A DNA stretch of 64,000 nt from an uncultured Fibrobacteria bacterium (GTDB taxonomy: Bacteria; Fibrobacterota; Fibrobacteria; UBA11236). Of the stretch, positions 38,746 to 49,309 are shown piece after piece (positions within the stretch are counted from its first letter, which is position 1; the number at the start of each line of letters is the position of its first letter). The notes beneath the pieces were generated by a model. The model worked only from the letters and a program-made list of their open reading frames with translations. It was not told where the DNA came from and made no database searches. The stretch spans positions 2,080,001 to 2,144,000 of the forward strand of contig OY970309.1 of the NCBI GenBank assembly GCA_963716395.1, read 5' to 3'. The position numbers and the translations under genes are program-made.

Positions 38746-40833
38746 ATGGCAACGGTTTCTCCTTCAGGCACACTTTCGGTCGGAGGACTGGCATCCGGTC
38801 TCGACACCAACTCCATCATTGACGGATTGGTGGCGGTCGAGCAAACCCGCGTCACCAACGAACAAAACCAGCAGAGTGCCTACCAACTTAAGCTCAACAC
38901 CTTCAACCAGCTCGTTTCCCAGATTTCCGCGCTGTCGACCCAGGCCACCGCCTTAAATGACGTCAACGCCTTCAACCTTTTCAATTCCACTTCATCCGAC
39001 AACACCGTCGCCACCATCGACGGCACCACCGACGCCAGCCCCGGCAGTTACACAGTCACCGTGCAAAGCCTGGCGTCGTCGCTTTCGGTGGCCAGCAAAT
39101 CGTTCGCTTCGCAAACCTCGGCATTGGGGCTGTCGGGCACCTTCAGCGTTTCGGTGTCGCAAGCCGCCTTGCAAGCCGATCCCAGCACCACTTCGGTGCA
39201 GGTCAGCATTTCGCCCAATGATGCGCTGAAAGACATTGTCAACAAGATCAACAGCGCCAGCGGAACGGGCGCCAGCGCCAGCATCATTCAGCTGGGGACC
39301 AACGATTACCGCCTCATGCTGAGTTCGGTGGATCAAGGCACCCAGGCGTTCACCTTGAACCCCGTCGGCGGATCGACCACGTTGAACGCCGGGTTGGGTT
39401 TAACCACCGATACCCAGTCCCTGCGCACGGATACTTCCTTTCAACTGGCCGGCGGCGGCCCGGCGCAAAGCACCACCACGTTGGATCAGATTTTCAAAGG
39501 CATCGGCCAGCAGTATCAAACCGGGGATGTGATCTCCTGGACCGGCACCGATTCTTCCGGCAATGCCCACACCAACAGTTATACCATCGGCGATGCGAGC
39601 ACGGACACGCTCGGCGATTTGATGACGGCGATGCAATCGAGTTTCAACGAGTCGACGCCCGGCCAGGTCTCGATTTCGGCGAATTCGAGCGGCGAAATCG
39701 TGGTGAAAGACAACGCTTCAGGCGGCGCGAAAAACATGACCTTGTCGCTGAGCGTCAACGGCACGCCCACGATGACGGGCCAGACCCAGACCGATTTCCA
39801 AAGCGCCATTTCCACCGGTCAACGGGCGTTCTATTTGCTCAACGGATTGCCGGTGGCCGCTCAGTCGAACACCGATCAGACGACGGTGGTCGGAACCAAA
39901 ATCCAATTGATCAAGGCTTCGCCGGGCGAGCCCGTCGACCTGACCTTGAATCGGGACCAATCCAAAATTCAGCAGACGGTGCAAACTTTCGTCGACGCCT
40001 ACAATTCGGTGATGAGTTTCATCGATACCAATTCCCAAATCACCACCAGTCAAAACTCGAACAGCAGCGCCTCTTCCACCACGCCTGCGCCGGTGAACGG
40101 CCAGACCCAGACGCAATTGGGCCCATTCGCGGGCGATTCATCCATCGAGGGCCTGAAAGAGCAATTGCAGAATTTGGTGACCAATCCCATCCGAGAACTG
40201 AATTCCCAGGGGTTGTCGGATTATTCCAGCTTTGCCTCGATCGGCATCACCACCGATGCGGAATCCGACCAATTATCCATCGACAGCACCCAGTTCACGA
40301 CCGCGCTCAACACCGATTTTCAAGGGGTGGTGCGCCTTTTCACCACCTCGGGATATTCGAATAATCCCGACCTCACCTATGGAACCTCGACCGACAATAC
40401 GCAAACCGGCGTTTACAATATCAACACCGCCACGAACCAGATCGACACCCTGAGCGGCGCGTCTTCGGTGTCTTACGCCACGGGAACGTTGACGGGCGAC
40501 GGCAACATCCTGAATTCCAACAGCGGCAATTCCAACGGCCTGGCCGTGCAATTTTCCGCGGCTACGACCGGGCAAATCACCTTTATCCGGGGGATCGCGG
40601 GCCAGGTCGAGACGTGGAACAATCAAATCAATGATTACGTCAACGGGTTCGTCACCAACGAACAAACCTCGCTGAACAGTTCCATCAACGATGAGGCGAC
40701 GAAAATCACCCAGTTGCAGTCTCAGTCCGACGCATATCGCGCCCAGTTGGTGCAGCAATTCGCAAATATGGAACAGACGATTTCGCAATTGCAATCGCAA
40801 AGTTCCGCCTTCCAGAATTCCGGCATCCATTAA
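38746..40833 (+). CDS. fliD: Flagellar filament cap protein
   Basis: GLASGLDTNSIIDGLV, GSYTVTVQSLAS, FVDAYNSV, IGITT and C-terminal QFANMEQTISQLQSQ. Confidence 0.93.
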   Translation: MATVSPSGTLSVGGLASGLDTNSIIDGLVAVEQTRVTNEQNQQSAYQLKLNTFNQLVSQISALSTQATALNDVNAFNLFNSTSSDNTVATIDGTTDASPGSYTVTVQSLASSLSVASKSFASQTSALGLSGTFSVSVSQAALQADPSTTSVQVSISPNDALKDIVNKINSASGTGASASIIQLGTNDYRLMLSSVDQGTQAFTLNPVGGSTTLNAGLGLTTDTQSLRTDTSFQLAGGGPAQSTTTLDQIFKGIGQQYQTGDVISWTGTDSSGNAHTNSYTIGDASTDTLGDLMTAMQSSFNESTPGQVSISANSSGEIVVKDNASGGAKNMTLSLSVNGTPTMTGQTQTDFQSAISTGQRAFYLLNGLPVAAQSNTDQTTVVGTKIQLIKASPGEPVDLTLNRDQSKIQQTVQTFVDAYNSVMSFIDTNSQITTSQNSNSSASSTTPAPVNGQTQTQLGPFAGDSSIEGLKEQLQNLVTNPIRELNSQGLSDYSSFASIGITTDAESDQLSIDSTQFTTALNTDFQGVVRLFTTSGYSNNPDLTYGTSTDNTQTGVYNINTATNQIDTLSGASSVSYATGTLTGDGNILNSNSGNSNGLAVQFSAATTGQITFIRGIAGQVETWNNQINDYVNGFVTNEQTSLNSSINDEATKITQLQSQSDAYRAQLVQQFANMEQTISQLQSQSSAFQNSGIH

Positions 40834-40848
40834 AAAGGAGAACACGCC

Positions 40849-41274
40849 ATGGCGTCCCCGCACCTCAGCTACCGCGAATCCGACATTCAAACTGCGGACC
40901 GCGGCAAGTTAATCCTGATGGTCTACGATCACTGCATCAAATGGGTGCGGACCGCCGAAGAAGAACTGAAGGCCGGCAACATCGAACGCATGTGCCACGC
41001 CATCCAGCGCGCCCAAAAGGGAATCTACAACCTCATGTCGTCGCTCAATATGGAGAAAGGCGGCGACATCGCCCGCAACCTGTTTCGGCTCTACGATTTT
41101 TATTCGCGGCACCTGTCGATGGCACTAAGCAACCGTTCCGCCACGGCCCTCCGCGATGTGGCGGTCATGCTGGCCAGGTTGCGTGAAGCCTGGGGCCTCA
41201 CCATCGACAAGATCCGCCGCGAAGAGCGGGTTCTCTTGGCCCAGCGGGGAAAACCCATCACCCTGGTGACCTAA
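40849..41274 (+). CDS. fliS: Flagellin export chaperone
   Basis: Y....IQTA..GKLILMVYD, SLNMEKGGDIARNLFRLYDF and LREAW; AAGGAG RBS. Confidence 0.95.
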   Translation: MASPHLSYRESDIQTADRGKLILMVYDHCIKWVRTAEEELKAGNIERMCHAIQRAQKGIYNLMSSLNMEKGGDIARNLFRLYDFYSRHLSMALSNRSATALRDVAVMLARLREAWGLTIDKIRREERVLLAQRGKPITLVT

Positions 41275-41276
41275 AG

Positions 41277-41696
41277 ATGCTGCCGCTGACCGAACGTCTC
41301 GTGGGCGAACTGGACATGCTCTACGGGCTGTACCTGCTCGCCATGGATCACGTGCGCCAACTCGACGCCGAGGACGAAGAGGCGTCTGCGCGTATTCTCG
41401 ATGCGCGCGAAAAAGTGCTGGAGCGCACCACCCAAGCCGCTGCCGCGGCCACACGTTTGTTGCGGGCCTTCGAGGTCGAGCGCAACATTCCCGCGGGCGA
41501 ACGCGCTTTGGTGGAGGAAAAGCGGCGCATGATTCAAGACGTGATGACGCGGCTGCAACAGGCCGATTCGCAAGTGTTGCGCGCCATGCACTCGCGTTTC
41601 TCCGCCCTGCGGCGCGAACTGGCCCGCCACACCGAACGCCGCGACGTCATCCGCGCCTATATCACCGCACCGGCCGCCGCCTCACTGGCGCGCTGA
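41277..41696 (+). CDS. FliT/FlgN-like helical flagellar chaperone
   Basis: All-helical; follows fliD-fliS; C-terminal VIRAY motif. Confidence 0.55.
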   Translation: MLPLTERLVGELDMLYGLYLLAMDHVRQLDAEDEEASARILDAREKVLERTTQAAAAATRLLRAFEVERNIPAGERALVEEKRRMIQDVMTRLQQADSQVLRAMHSRFSALRRELARHTERRDVIRAYITAPAAASLAR

Positions 41697-42541
41697 ATCG
41701 GATTTTCAGCCCGACGGAGCGGCCCCAAGCGCCGGAACAGTTCCGCGAATTGCGGCACCGACACGTCTTCGGCGCGCGCATCGGCGCGCGCTCCCGCCGT
41801 CTGCAAAGCGGCGGACGTTTCGGCCCGCGGGAAAAAAGGCTGCAGGGCATTCGCCAGCTTTTTGCGGCGCTGGGAAAAGGCCACATCGAGAAAGGCCGGG
41901 AATTGCGCCTCGCCGCATACGGGTTCGGAGCGCGGCGTCAACCGCACCGTGGCCGACCACACCTTGGGCCGCGGCCGGTACGCTTCGGGCCCGATGCGGC
42001 GCAACAGCTCGGTCTCGGCCCAGTTTTGCACCAAGGCGCTCAAGAAGCCGAAGTCGCGCGTATGCGGCGCGGCGCACAGGCGCCGCCCCACTTCGTATTG
42101 CACCATCACCTGCGCCCCGCGGCTTTGGCGCAGATGGGGCAGCAGCCCGATGAGAATGGGAGCGGCGCGGTTGTAGGGCAGGTTGCCGACGATCCAGGGC
42201 TTTCCGCCCGGGGTCGCCGCCCGCGCCAGCAGGGCGGTCCAATCGGCGCGCACGGCGTCGGCCTGCACGACCTCCACGTGATCTCCGAGGTTACCGTCGC
42301 CCAGACGTTTCACCCACTTGGGATCGATTTCGACGGCCACCAGCTTGCGGCAGCGCGGTGCGAGCCGCCGCGTCAGGGCGCCTTGCCCTGGCCCGATTTC
42401 CAGAATCCCGTCTTCGGCCGAGGCCGGCACATCGTCGCACACCATGCGGATGACGCCTTCGTCGACGAGAAAATTCTGTCCGAATTTCCATTGGGCGCGA
42501 CGGTCGCCGTCTTTTTCGGCACGGGGCGGAGAGGTTTTCAT
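41657..42541 (-). CDS. rsmA: 16S rRNA m6,2A dimethyltransferase
   Basis: FGQNFL, LEIGPGQGALT, VEID, VGNLPYN, MVQYEV, RPKV.S and FSQRRKKL.N. Confidence 0.95.
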   Translation of the reverse strand: MKTSPPRAEKDGDRRAQWKFGQNFLVDEGVIRMVCDDVPASAEDGILEIGPGQGALTRRLAPRCRKLVAVEIDPKWVKRLGDGNLGDHVEVVQADAVRADWTALLARAATPGGKPWIVGNLPYNRAAPILIGLLPHLRQSRGAQVMVQYEVGRRLCAAPHTRDFGFLSALVQNWAETELLRRIGPEAYRPRPKVWSATVRLTPRSEPVCGEAQFPAFLDVAFSQRRKKLANALQPFFPRAETSAALQTAGARADARAEDVSVPQFAELFRRLGPLRRAENPIQRASEAAAGAVI

Positions 42542-42612
42542 CTTGCGGCAAAGGTAGCTTGGCCCTTCGCGGCCTCCGGGGTTTTTAACATTGGGGTTTC
42601 TCCGGAGGTGCG

Positions 42613-43074
42613 ATGATGTATCCCGTTTTGTTGATTCTGCATTTCATCGGGCTGGCCATGGGTGTGGGCGCCAGCTTCGCCATGCTGGCCTTGGGCCTGG
42701 CCAGCAAGGGCATGCCGCAGGCCGAACGCGCCGCTTTTCTGCTTCGGGCTTCGGCGGTGAGCAAGAACGGCAGCATCGGGCTGCTGCTCTTGATCCTTTC
42801 CGGCGCCGGCATGATGGCGGTGGCGGGCCCCCAAGCGGTGATGGCCTGGGGCGGCGGCTGGTTTCACGCCAAACTGGTCGGCGTGGTGGTTCTGGCCGGA
42901 TGGATCGGGACCATGCAGGTGGTGCTGAAAAAGGCCAAGGCCGCGCAGGGCGGGCCGGGCCTAAAATTGCTCCCCAAATTGGGGATGATCGGGCTTGTGC
43001 TCAGCCTGGCCATCGTGGTGTTCGCAGTGCTGGCCTTTGCTCCCCACCTCGCGGATTCGGTTCACACTCCGTAA
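42613..43074 (+). CDS. Four-TM membrane protein (DUF2269/CopD-like)
   Basis: LHFIG, LLLILSG and WFHAKL motifs; GGAGG RBS. Confidence 0.65.
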   Translation: MMYPVLLILHFIGLAMGVGASFAMLALGLASKGMPQAERAAFLLRASAVSKNGSIGLLLLILSGAGMMAVAGPQAVMAWGGGWFHAKLVGVVVLAGWIGTMQVVLKKAKAAQGGPGLKLLPKLGMIGLVLSLAIVVFAVLAFAPHLADSVHTP

Positions 43075-44090
43075 TATTCGCGATACCAGTCCACGAAACG
43101 CGCCACTCCCGCTTCCACCGGCGTGGCGGGCTGGAAGCCCGTGTCGCGTATGAGGTCCTCGACGTCGGCCATGGTGTCGGGCACGTCGCCGGGCTGCAAC
43201 GGCAGCAAATTCATTTCGGCCTTTTTGCCGAGTTTATCTTCGAGCATGCGGATGTAGTCGAGCAATTCCACCGGCCGGTTGTTGCCGATGTTGTAAAGGC
43301 GGAAAGGCGCGGCGCTGGTGGCCGGATCCGGAGCGTTGCCGTTCCAATCGGGGTCGGGCTGCGCGGGGCGCAGGGCCGTGCGGTATACGCCCTCGGCGAT
43401 GTCGTCGACATAGGTGAAATCGCGCTTGTGGCGGCCATGGTTGTAAACGTCGATGGGCTTGCCCGCCAGAATGTTTTGGGTGAATTTGAACAGGGCCATG
43501 TCGGGCCGGCCCCAGGGCCCGTACACGGTGAAAAAGCGCAGGCCGGTGGTGGGGATGGCGAAGAGATGACTGTAGGTATGCGCCATCATTTCATTGGCTT
43601 TTTTGGTGGCGGCGTACAGCGTCAGCGGATGGTTCGCACCTTCGTGGATGGAGAAAGGCATGTGCGTGTTGGCCCCGTAGACCGAACTGGTGGAGGCGTA
43701 GGTGAGGTGCCGCACGGAATGGCGGCGGCAGGCTTCGAGCACGTTCAGAAACCCCACCACGTTGGCGTCGACATAGGCGCGCGGGTTTTCCAGGCTGTAG
43801 CGCACGCCGGCCTGGGCCGCGAGATGCACCACGGTTTTGGGTTGTATGGCGGCAAAGGCCCGCTCCACGGCTTCGGTGTCCGCGAGGTCCGAGCGGAAAA
43901 GGGAAAAGCCCGCATGCCGTTGCAACTGTGCGAGCCGCGCTTCTTTGAGCTTGGGATCGTAATACGCGTTCACGTTGTCGAATCCCGCCACGACATGACC
44001 GCGCTCGAGGCAGAGCCGGGACAGATGAAATCCGATGAAGCCGGCGGCGCCGGTGATCAGCCAGGGAGGTTCGATGGCGCCGCCGCTCAT
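43062..44090 (-). CDS. NAD-dependent UDP-glucuronate 4-epimerase
   Basis: [37 protein letters not shown] and [15 protein letters not shown]. Confidence 0.93.
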   Translation of the reverse strand: MSGGAIEPPWLITGAAGFIGFHLSRLCLERGHVVAGFDNVNAYYDPKLKEARLAQLQRHAGFSLFRSDLADTEAVERAFAAIQPKTVVHLAAQAGVRYSLENPRAYVDANVVGFLNVLEACRRHSVRHLTYASTSSVYGANTHMPFSIHEGANHPLTLYAATKKANEMMAHTYSHLFAIPTTGLRFFTVYGPWGRPDMALFKFTQNILAGKPIDVYNHGRHKRDFTYVDDIAEGVYRTALRPAQPDPDWNGNAPDPATSAAPFRLYNIGNNRPVELLDYIRMLEDKLGKKAEMNLLPLQPGDVPDTMADVEDLIRDTGFQPATPVEAGVARFVDWYREYYGV

Positions 44091-44312
44091 GTTTGCGGCC
44101 CGCCTCGGAGCGTTTCCAGCGGAGTAAAATAGGGGGTGGCGTGGAACATGGGGGGATTGCCGGGGCGGAATAGGCACATCAAAGCGGGCCAAAGTTTACA
44201 AAAATCCGGGTTTTTTTTGTGCGAATAAATGGCGTCGAAAAAAGGCTTGGGCCGCGAGTTATATTTTCGTTCGGCTTCCCTCGCAGTCGGGCGGATTTCC
44301 AGCCAAGCAAGT

Positions 44313-45419
44313 ATGCCTTCTCCTACGCCCGAAATGGTGTTGTCCGCATTGCGGCAAGTGCGCGACCCCGATCTGCACCGCGACATCGTGGAGTTGGGCT
44401 TTGTCAAGAACCTCGTCATCGAAGACGGCGCCGTGCGCCTCGACGTCGAATTGACCACGCCGGCCTGTCCCGTGAAAGACGAATTGAAGCGGCAAAGCGA
44501 AGAAGCGGTGCGCATGCTCCCCGGCGTGCGCAGCGTCGCGGTGAATTTGACCGCGCAGCCGATGCGGCCGGCGGGCGGCAAACGCACCGAGCTGTTGCAA
44601 CAGGTGCGCCACCTGGTGGCCGTGGCCTCGGGCAAAGGCGGGGTGGGTAAAAGTACCGCCACCGCCAACCTCGCCCTGGCGCTGGCCCGCACCGGCGCCA
44701 AGGTGGGCATACTCGACGCCGACATTTACGGGCCCTCGATGAGTCTCATGTTCGGCGTGACGGAAACGCCGGTGATTAACGAAGCGAAAAAGCTGGTGCC
44801 GGTGACGGTGCAGGGTATCAAAGTGGTTTCGATGGCCATGTTCTCCGACGATGAGAAGCCGGTGATTTGGCGCGGCCCCATGGTTTCGCAGATGGTGCAG
44901 AATTTCGTGCACAACGTGGTGTGGGGTGAACTGGACTACCTGCTCATCGACATGCCGCCCGGCACCGGCGACGTGCAGTTGACCCTCACCCAGAGCGCGC
45001 CCATTTCCGGCGGCGTCATCCTCACCACGCCCCAGGACGTCAGCGTGCTGGACGCCAAAAAAGGGTTGAAGATGTTCCAGCGCGTATCGGTGCCGGTGCT
45101 GGGCATCATCGAGAACATGAGTTGGTTCGAATGCGACCAATGCCACAAGCGCCATTACATCTTTCGTCACGGCGGCGGACGCCGCATCGCCGCCTCGCTG
45201 GGGGTGCCGTTTCTGGGTGAAATTCCCATCGACCCCGAAGTCGCCGAAGGCGGCGACGCCGGTACGCCCATCGTCGCTCGCCGTCCCGAATCGGTCGTCG
45301 CAGGTGCCTATCGAACCATCGCCGGCGTCATCGCCTCTTCGCTCTCCATCCTCACCGCCACGGCCGGTGACGTGTTGGGTGAATTCGATTTGAAATGGGA
45401 GGAACTGCCCGAGTTATGA
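44313..45419 (+). CDS. mrp: Mrp/ApbC Fe-S cluster carrier ATPase with N-terminal DUF59 domain
   Basis: V.DPDLHRDIVELG, TTPACP, SGKGGVGKST, DADIYGPS, WRGPM, DMPPGTGD and ENMS..C..C. Confidence 0.95.
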   Translation: MPSPTPEMVLSALRQVRDPDLHRDIVELGFVKNLVIEDGAVRLDVELTTPACPVKDELKRQSEEAVRMLPGVRSVAVNLTAQPMRPAGGKRTELLQQVRHLVAVASGKGGVGKSTATANLALALARTGAKVGILDADIYGPSMSLMFGVTETPVINEAKKLVPVTVQGIKVVSMAMFSDDEKPVIWRGPMVSQMVQNFVHNVVWGELDYLLIDMPPGTGDVQLTLTQSAPISGGVILTTPQDVSVLDAKKGLKMFQRVSVPVLGIIENMSWFECDQCHKRHYIFRHGGGRRIAASLGVPFLGEIPIDPEVAEGGDAGTPIVARRPESVVAGAYRTIAGVIASSLSILTATAGDVLGEFDLKWEELPEL

Positions 45420-45465
45420 AGACTTTGTTACACGGCGCGCGGCCCATCGCGGGGGATGGATTGAG

Positions 45466-45810
45466 ATGAGCCCGCTGCTCATGCCCACGGCCTTGGGAAA
45501 AACCGCGCAGGGTTCGCTGGTGGTGCTGTGGAATGACGGCCACCGCTCCGAATTCGCTCCCCGGCCGCTGCGCCTGCATTGCCCCTGCGCCGCCTGCGTC
45601 AATGAATGGAGCGGCGAAAAAATGCTGAATGACGCGTCGGTGCCGCAGCAGATCCGGCCTTTACGTTTTTTTTCCGTGGGACGCTATGCCATGGGCATAC
45701 AATGGAGCGACGGACATGCCACGGGGATATTCAGTTACGACTATTTGCGCCGGCTTGACGAGGGCGATGTCTTAGGAGGAGAACACGCCGCAGGTGCGGC
45801 AAAGCCGTAA
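45466..45810 (+). CDS. DUF971 (GBBH-like N-terminal) protein
   Basis: WNDGH, LRLHCPCAAC and VGRYAMGIQWSDGH.TGIFSYDYL. Confidence 0.9.
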   Translation: MSPLLMPTALGKTAQGSLVVLWNDGHRSEFAPRPLRLHCPCAACVNEWSGEKMLNDASVPQQIRPLRFFSVGRYAMGIQWSDGHATGIFSYDYLRRLDEGDVLGGEHAAGAAKP

Positions 45811-45872
45811 TTCAGAAGCATTGGTGAAAAAAATACGGGGAGTTTAACTTTCCCGGGGAAGGGCATGCTGCC

Positions 45873-46706
45873 GTGGTGGATCCGAATGTACAGCTTTATT
45901 TCCGCGACCTGTACCGGCATCGACTGATTACGCCGGAAGAGGAAAAGGAGCTTGTACAACGCGTCAAGCAGGGCGATGATCGGGCGGCCCTGAACCGCCT
46001 GATTCTCGGCAATCTGCGTTTCGTGGTTTCCATTGCGCGGCGTTATCAGGGCAAGGGCCTACCCCTGCTTGAGCTCATCAACGAAGGCAATCTCGGCCTG
46101 TACAAGGCCGCCAAGCGCTACGATCCTTCGCGCGAAGTCAAGTTCATCTCGTACGCGATCTGGTGGATTCGCCAATCGATTCAAAAGGCGCTGTTCGAAC
46201 AGGTGGGCGCCGTGCGTATTCCGCCCAACAAACTGGCTTTGGTGAACCGCTTCAAGAAGGCGCTGATTCAAAACGGCGGCGACTACGGGAAAACCATTTC
46301 GCTGCCCGATTTCAAGGAAAGCGAAAAAGAAATCGCCGAAATCATGGAGAAGATCGCCGACGTGTCTCTCAACGCGCCCATCGGTTCCGATGCGGATGGC
46401 CGCGATCCCGTGACCACGCTCATGGATGTGCTGGGCAGCGAAGGCAGCCAGGAGCCCGACAGCGAAAAGGCCGAACTTTCGCGCATCATCGATTCGGTGC
46501 TGGGTCAGATGTCGGAACGCGAGGAAAAAGTGCTGCGCATGTATTACGGCATCAATTATTCCCGCGAGTTCACCTTGGACGAAATCGGAAAGAAGTTGAA
46601 GCTGACCCGCGAGCGCGTACGCCAAATCAAAAACAAATCCCTGCGCAAGCTGCTGCGCTCCAAAGAATCCAAGGACAAGCTGCTTCCTTTCGTCAGCGAG
46701 GAATGA
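45873..46706 (+). CDS. Short RpoD/SigA-family sigma-70 factor lacking region 1.1
   Basis: NLRFVVSIARRY, LINEGNLGL, KFISYAIWWIRQSI, VSLNAP and TLDEIG...LTRERVRQI. Confidence 0.93.
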   Translation: MVDPNVQLYFRDLYRHRLITPEEEKELVQRVKQGDDRAALNRLILGNLRFVVSIARRYQGKGLPLLELINEGNLGLYKAAKRYDPSREVKFISYAIWWIRQSIQKALFEQVGAVRIPPNKLALVNRFKKALIQNGGDYGKTISLPDFKESEKEIAEIMEKIADVSLNAPIGSDADGRDPVTTLMDVLGSEGSQEPDSEKAELSRIIDSVLGQMSEREEKVLRMYYGINYSREFTLDEIGKKLKLTRERVRQIKNKSLRKLLRSKESKDKLLPFVSEE

Positions 46707-46819
46707 GAAAATCCCGTCGATGCCACCGACCGGCTTTCGGGGCGGCGGAACGCGCGGAGGACGCCTTGGCTTCGGTGTTTACCTTTGCCCGCCGTACCCT
46801 GCCAGGCTGAGCGCCTGCG

Positions 46820-48613
46820 ATGGCCATGAGCTTCCCCCAACCCCGTCCACCTGCGAAGCCCCAGGACAAAGCCCGTAAGACACGGAAGATGTGGATGGCG
46901 GCGGCCATTGTCGTCGTCGTGGTGATCCTGACCGCCGTGTCGGCCGGGCGGATTTTATTCACCCATCCCGCCCCGCTGCGCATCGATCCCTTCGGGCTCG
47001 GCCCCGAGGCGGTGATCGCGCCCGGCGCACCCTTCGACAACCGCCCCGAAGTGCGGGCCTTGCCTGTGGCGGTAAGGGGCCGCTTTCTGGCCGCCGAAGC
47101 CGCGCAAGCAGATGGTCGCGACTCGACCGGCGATTCGGTATGGACCTTGCTTCGATCCGCGGCGGATTTTCCTGTGACCCGCGTCCGCGCGATCTTGGCC
47201 CAGCTCGGCTGGAAGCCGGTCGAGGATTCCCTGGCCGCCACGCCGGCAGCGCGGGCGGCGCTCGATTCGGCCCTGGTGCGCTGGCCGGCGCACCCGCTGC
47301 TGCTGTACTTACGCGGTCGCCTCTTACAGGCCGCGGGCCGGGCGGATTCGGCCGAGGCCGACTACCGCCGCGCCGAAAAATTGTCGCCCCGGTTCGCCTT
47401 TCCCCATGTTCGCCTGGGCGAAGGGGATTATCGGCGCGGCGACTGGAAGCAGGCCGAAACCGAATTCCGCACCGCCTTTTCGTTGTGGAAAACCGACCCG
47501 GGCGCCTATACCGGCCGCTTCGGCGCAGTTCCCGGCCTGGACCATCGGCCCTTCGCCGGCTTGGCGCAATTGTTTTTCCAGCGGGGCCACACCGACAGCG
47601 CCCAATTGGTTTTGGACTATGCCGCGCAAAGCGGCGCCGCCGGCCCCGAACTCGACTTCCTGCGCGCCCGCATCGACGAGGAACGCGATCAATTGACCGA
47701 AGCCGATTCCATTTACCGCGCGCTGGCGGCGGAGTACCCGCAACGTGCGCGTTACGCTGAAGCCGCGGCCACGGTGGGGCTCAAGCCGCCGCGTGGCGCT
47801 TTGGGGCCGTCGGCCCATGCCTCGGCCGTGTTCGCGATTTCGCTGCTGCAACCTTTGACGCTACGCTTTCCCCAAGACGCGGCGCTGCGGCTGGCCCTGG
47901 GTCAGGCCTATTTATACCGCGGCCTGCCGGCGTTGGCGGCGGCGGCGCTCGACACGGCCTTGCTCCTCGACGGTTCGCTGGCCGAGGCGCGCCCCTTGCG
48001 CGATGCGGCTTATCGCGCGTGGCGGGAGTCCCCGGGCTTCGCGGCCGATACCGCCCCGGCGCCCCAGACGGCCGCCGCGGCGCCCCGGAGCGATTCGGAG
48101 GCGGATGACGACGGCGTCGTCCAGGTGATCGTTCCCGGCAGCACGGCCTTGCTCGGCACCTATGACGTGGCGTGGGGCTCCACGCCGGAAGACGTGCGCC
48201 GCGCCTACCCGAACAAGGTCTTTACCGTGCTGCCCAACGGCGATTTGCGCGAAATCTTTTCGCAAAACGGCCGGCTGCACGATTATTTGCTGGCCTTCAA
48301 GCAGGGCATGCTGTGGGGCGTTTACGTGCGTGTCACCGACACCACGCGATCCGGGTCGGATCTTTTCGGCGAGGTCTTGCAGCTCAAGTCGAAGATTTCC
48401 GGTGTGGGCAAGGGCACGGGCGAGACCACCTGTCCCGATGGCCGCACCTTTCAGGGGGTGATTTGGGAGAATGACGACACTTTCGAATTCCTGGCGCAGT
48501 TCAACGGCCATGACAATCAGGTGCGGTTGGCGCGCCTGGCGGAATCGCAACTGCCCGGAAACCACCGCGTCTGCGACGTGGCGCACTATCTCGATCCCGC
48601 CGCCTGGCGGTGA
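46820..48613 (+). CDS. Membrane-anchored TPR-repeat protein with C-terminal alpha/beta domain
   Basis: N-terminal TM; Ala/Leu-rich TPR-like helices; WGSTPEDV domain. Confidence 0.65.
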   Translation: MAMSFPQPRPPAKPQDKARKTRKMWMAAAIVVVVVILTAVSAGRILFTHPAPLRIDPFGLGPEAVIAPGAPFDNRPEVRALPVAVRGRFLAAEAAQADGRDSTGDSVWTLLRSAADFPVTRVRAILAQLGWKPVEDSLAATPAARAALDSALVRWPAHPLLLYLRGRLLQAAGRADSAEADYRRAEKLSPRFAFPHVRLGEGDYRRGDWKQAETEFRTAFSLWKTDPGAYTGRFGAVPGLDHRPFAGLAQLFFQRGHTDSAQLVLDYAAQSGAAGPELDFLRARIDEERDQLTEADSIYRALAAEYPQRARYAEAAATVGLKPPRGALGPSAHASAVFAISLLQPLTLRFPQDAALRLALGQAYLYRGLPALAAAALDTALLLDGSLAEARPLRDAAYRAWRESPGFAADTAPAPQTAAAAPRSDSEADDDGVVQVIVPGSTALLGTYDVAWGSTPEDVRRAYPNKVFTVLPNGDLREIFSQNGRLHDYLLAFKQGMLWGVYVRVTDTTRSGSDLFGEVLQLKSKISGVGKGTGETTCPDGRTFQGVIWENDDTFEFLAQFNGHDNQVRLARLAESQLPGNHRVCDVAHYLDPAAWR

Positions 48614-48657
48614 ACGCAGTCCGGCCGCGAAACAAATACGTTCCGCAAAACAAGAAA

Positions 48658-48679
48658 GGCCGTTCCCGCGGGAACGGCC
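48658..48679. terminator. Terminator hairpin between the TPR gene and sod
   Basis: Perfect palindrome ggccgttcccgcgggaacggcc, followed on the minus strand by tttcttgtttt. Confidence 0.75.
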
Positions 48680-48703
48680 GAAATAAAATGCCGGCGTGCG
48701 GAG

Positions 48704-49309
48704 TTATTTCGCCAACAGCGCGTTGACTTCGTCCCAGTTCACCACGTTCCACCAGGTGTCGACCCATTCGGCGCGGCGGTTCTGGAACTTCAGGTAATAG
48801 GCGTGTTCCCACACGTCGATGACCAGCAGCGGCTTGAGCCCCTGGCTCACCGGGCATTCCTGGTTGGCGAAGTTCTGGATTTCGATTTTTCCCGCGGGCG
48901 TGGCCACGAGAAAAGTCCAACCCGATCCGAACATGGCCAGCGCCGACTCCTTCCACTTGACCTTGAAGGCGTCGAAGCCGCCGAAGGTCGAGGTGATGGC
49001 GTCGCCGATTTTTCCCGCGGGTGCGCCACCCTTTTTGGGGCCCATGATTTTCCAGAACAGGCTGTGGTTGTAATGCCCGCCGCCGTTGTTGATGACCTTG
49101 CGGCGGATGGATTCGGGAATGGCGTTGAGATCGGCGAGCAGCGCGTCGATGGTTTTGGCTTGCAGCGCGGGCTGGCCTTCGAGGGCCGCGTTGACGTTAT
49201 TGACATAGGCCTGATGATGCTTTCCGTGGTGGATTTCCAGGGTGGCTTTGTCGTAGAACGGTTCCAGCGCATCGTAGGCGTAGGGCAGTTGGGGCAATGT
49301 GTATGCCAT
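48704..49309 (-). CDS. sodA: Mn/Fe superoxide dismutase
   Basis: LPYAYDALEP, HHGKHHQAY, NNGGGHYNHSLFW, FGSGW, NQE and DVWEHAYY. GGG and NQ suggest the Mn type. AGGAG RBS. Confidence 0.93.
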   Translation of the reverse strand: MAYTLPQLPYAYDALEPFYDKATLEIHHGKHHQAYVNNVNAALEGQPALQAKTIDALLADLNAIPESIRRKVINNGGGHYNHSLFWKIMGPKKGGAPAGKIGDAITSTFGGFDAFKVKWKESALAMFGSGWTFLVATPAGKIEIQNFANQECPVSQGLKPLLVIDVWEHAYYLKFQNRRAEWVDTWWNVVNWDEVNALLAK

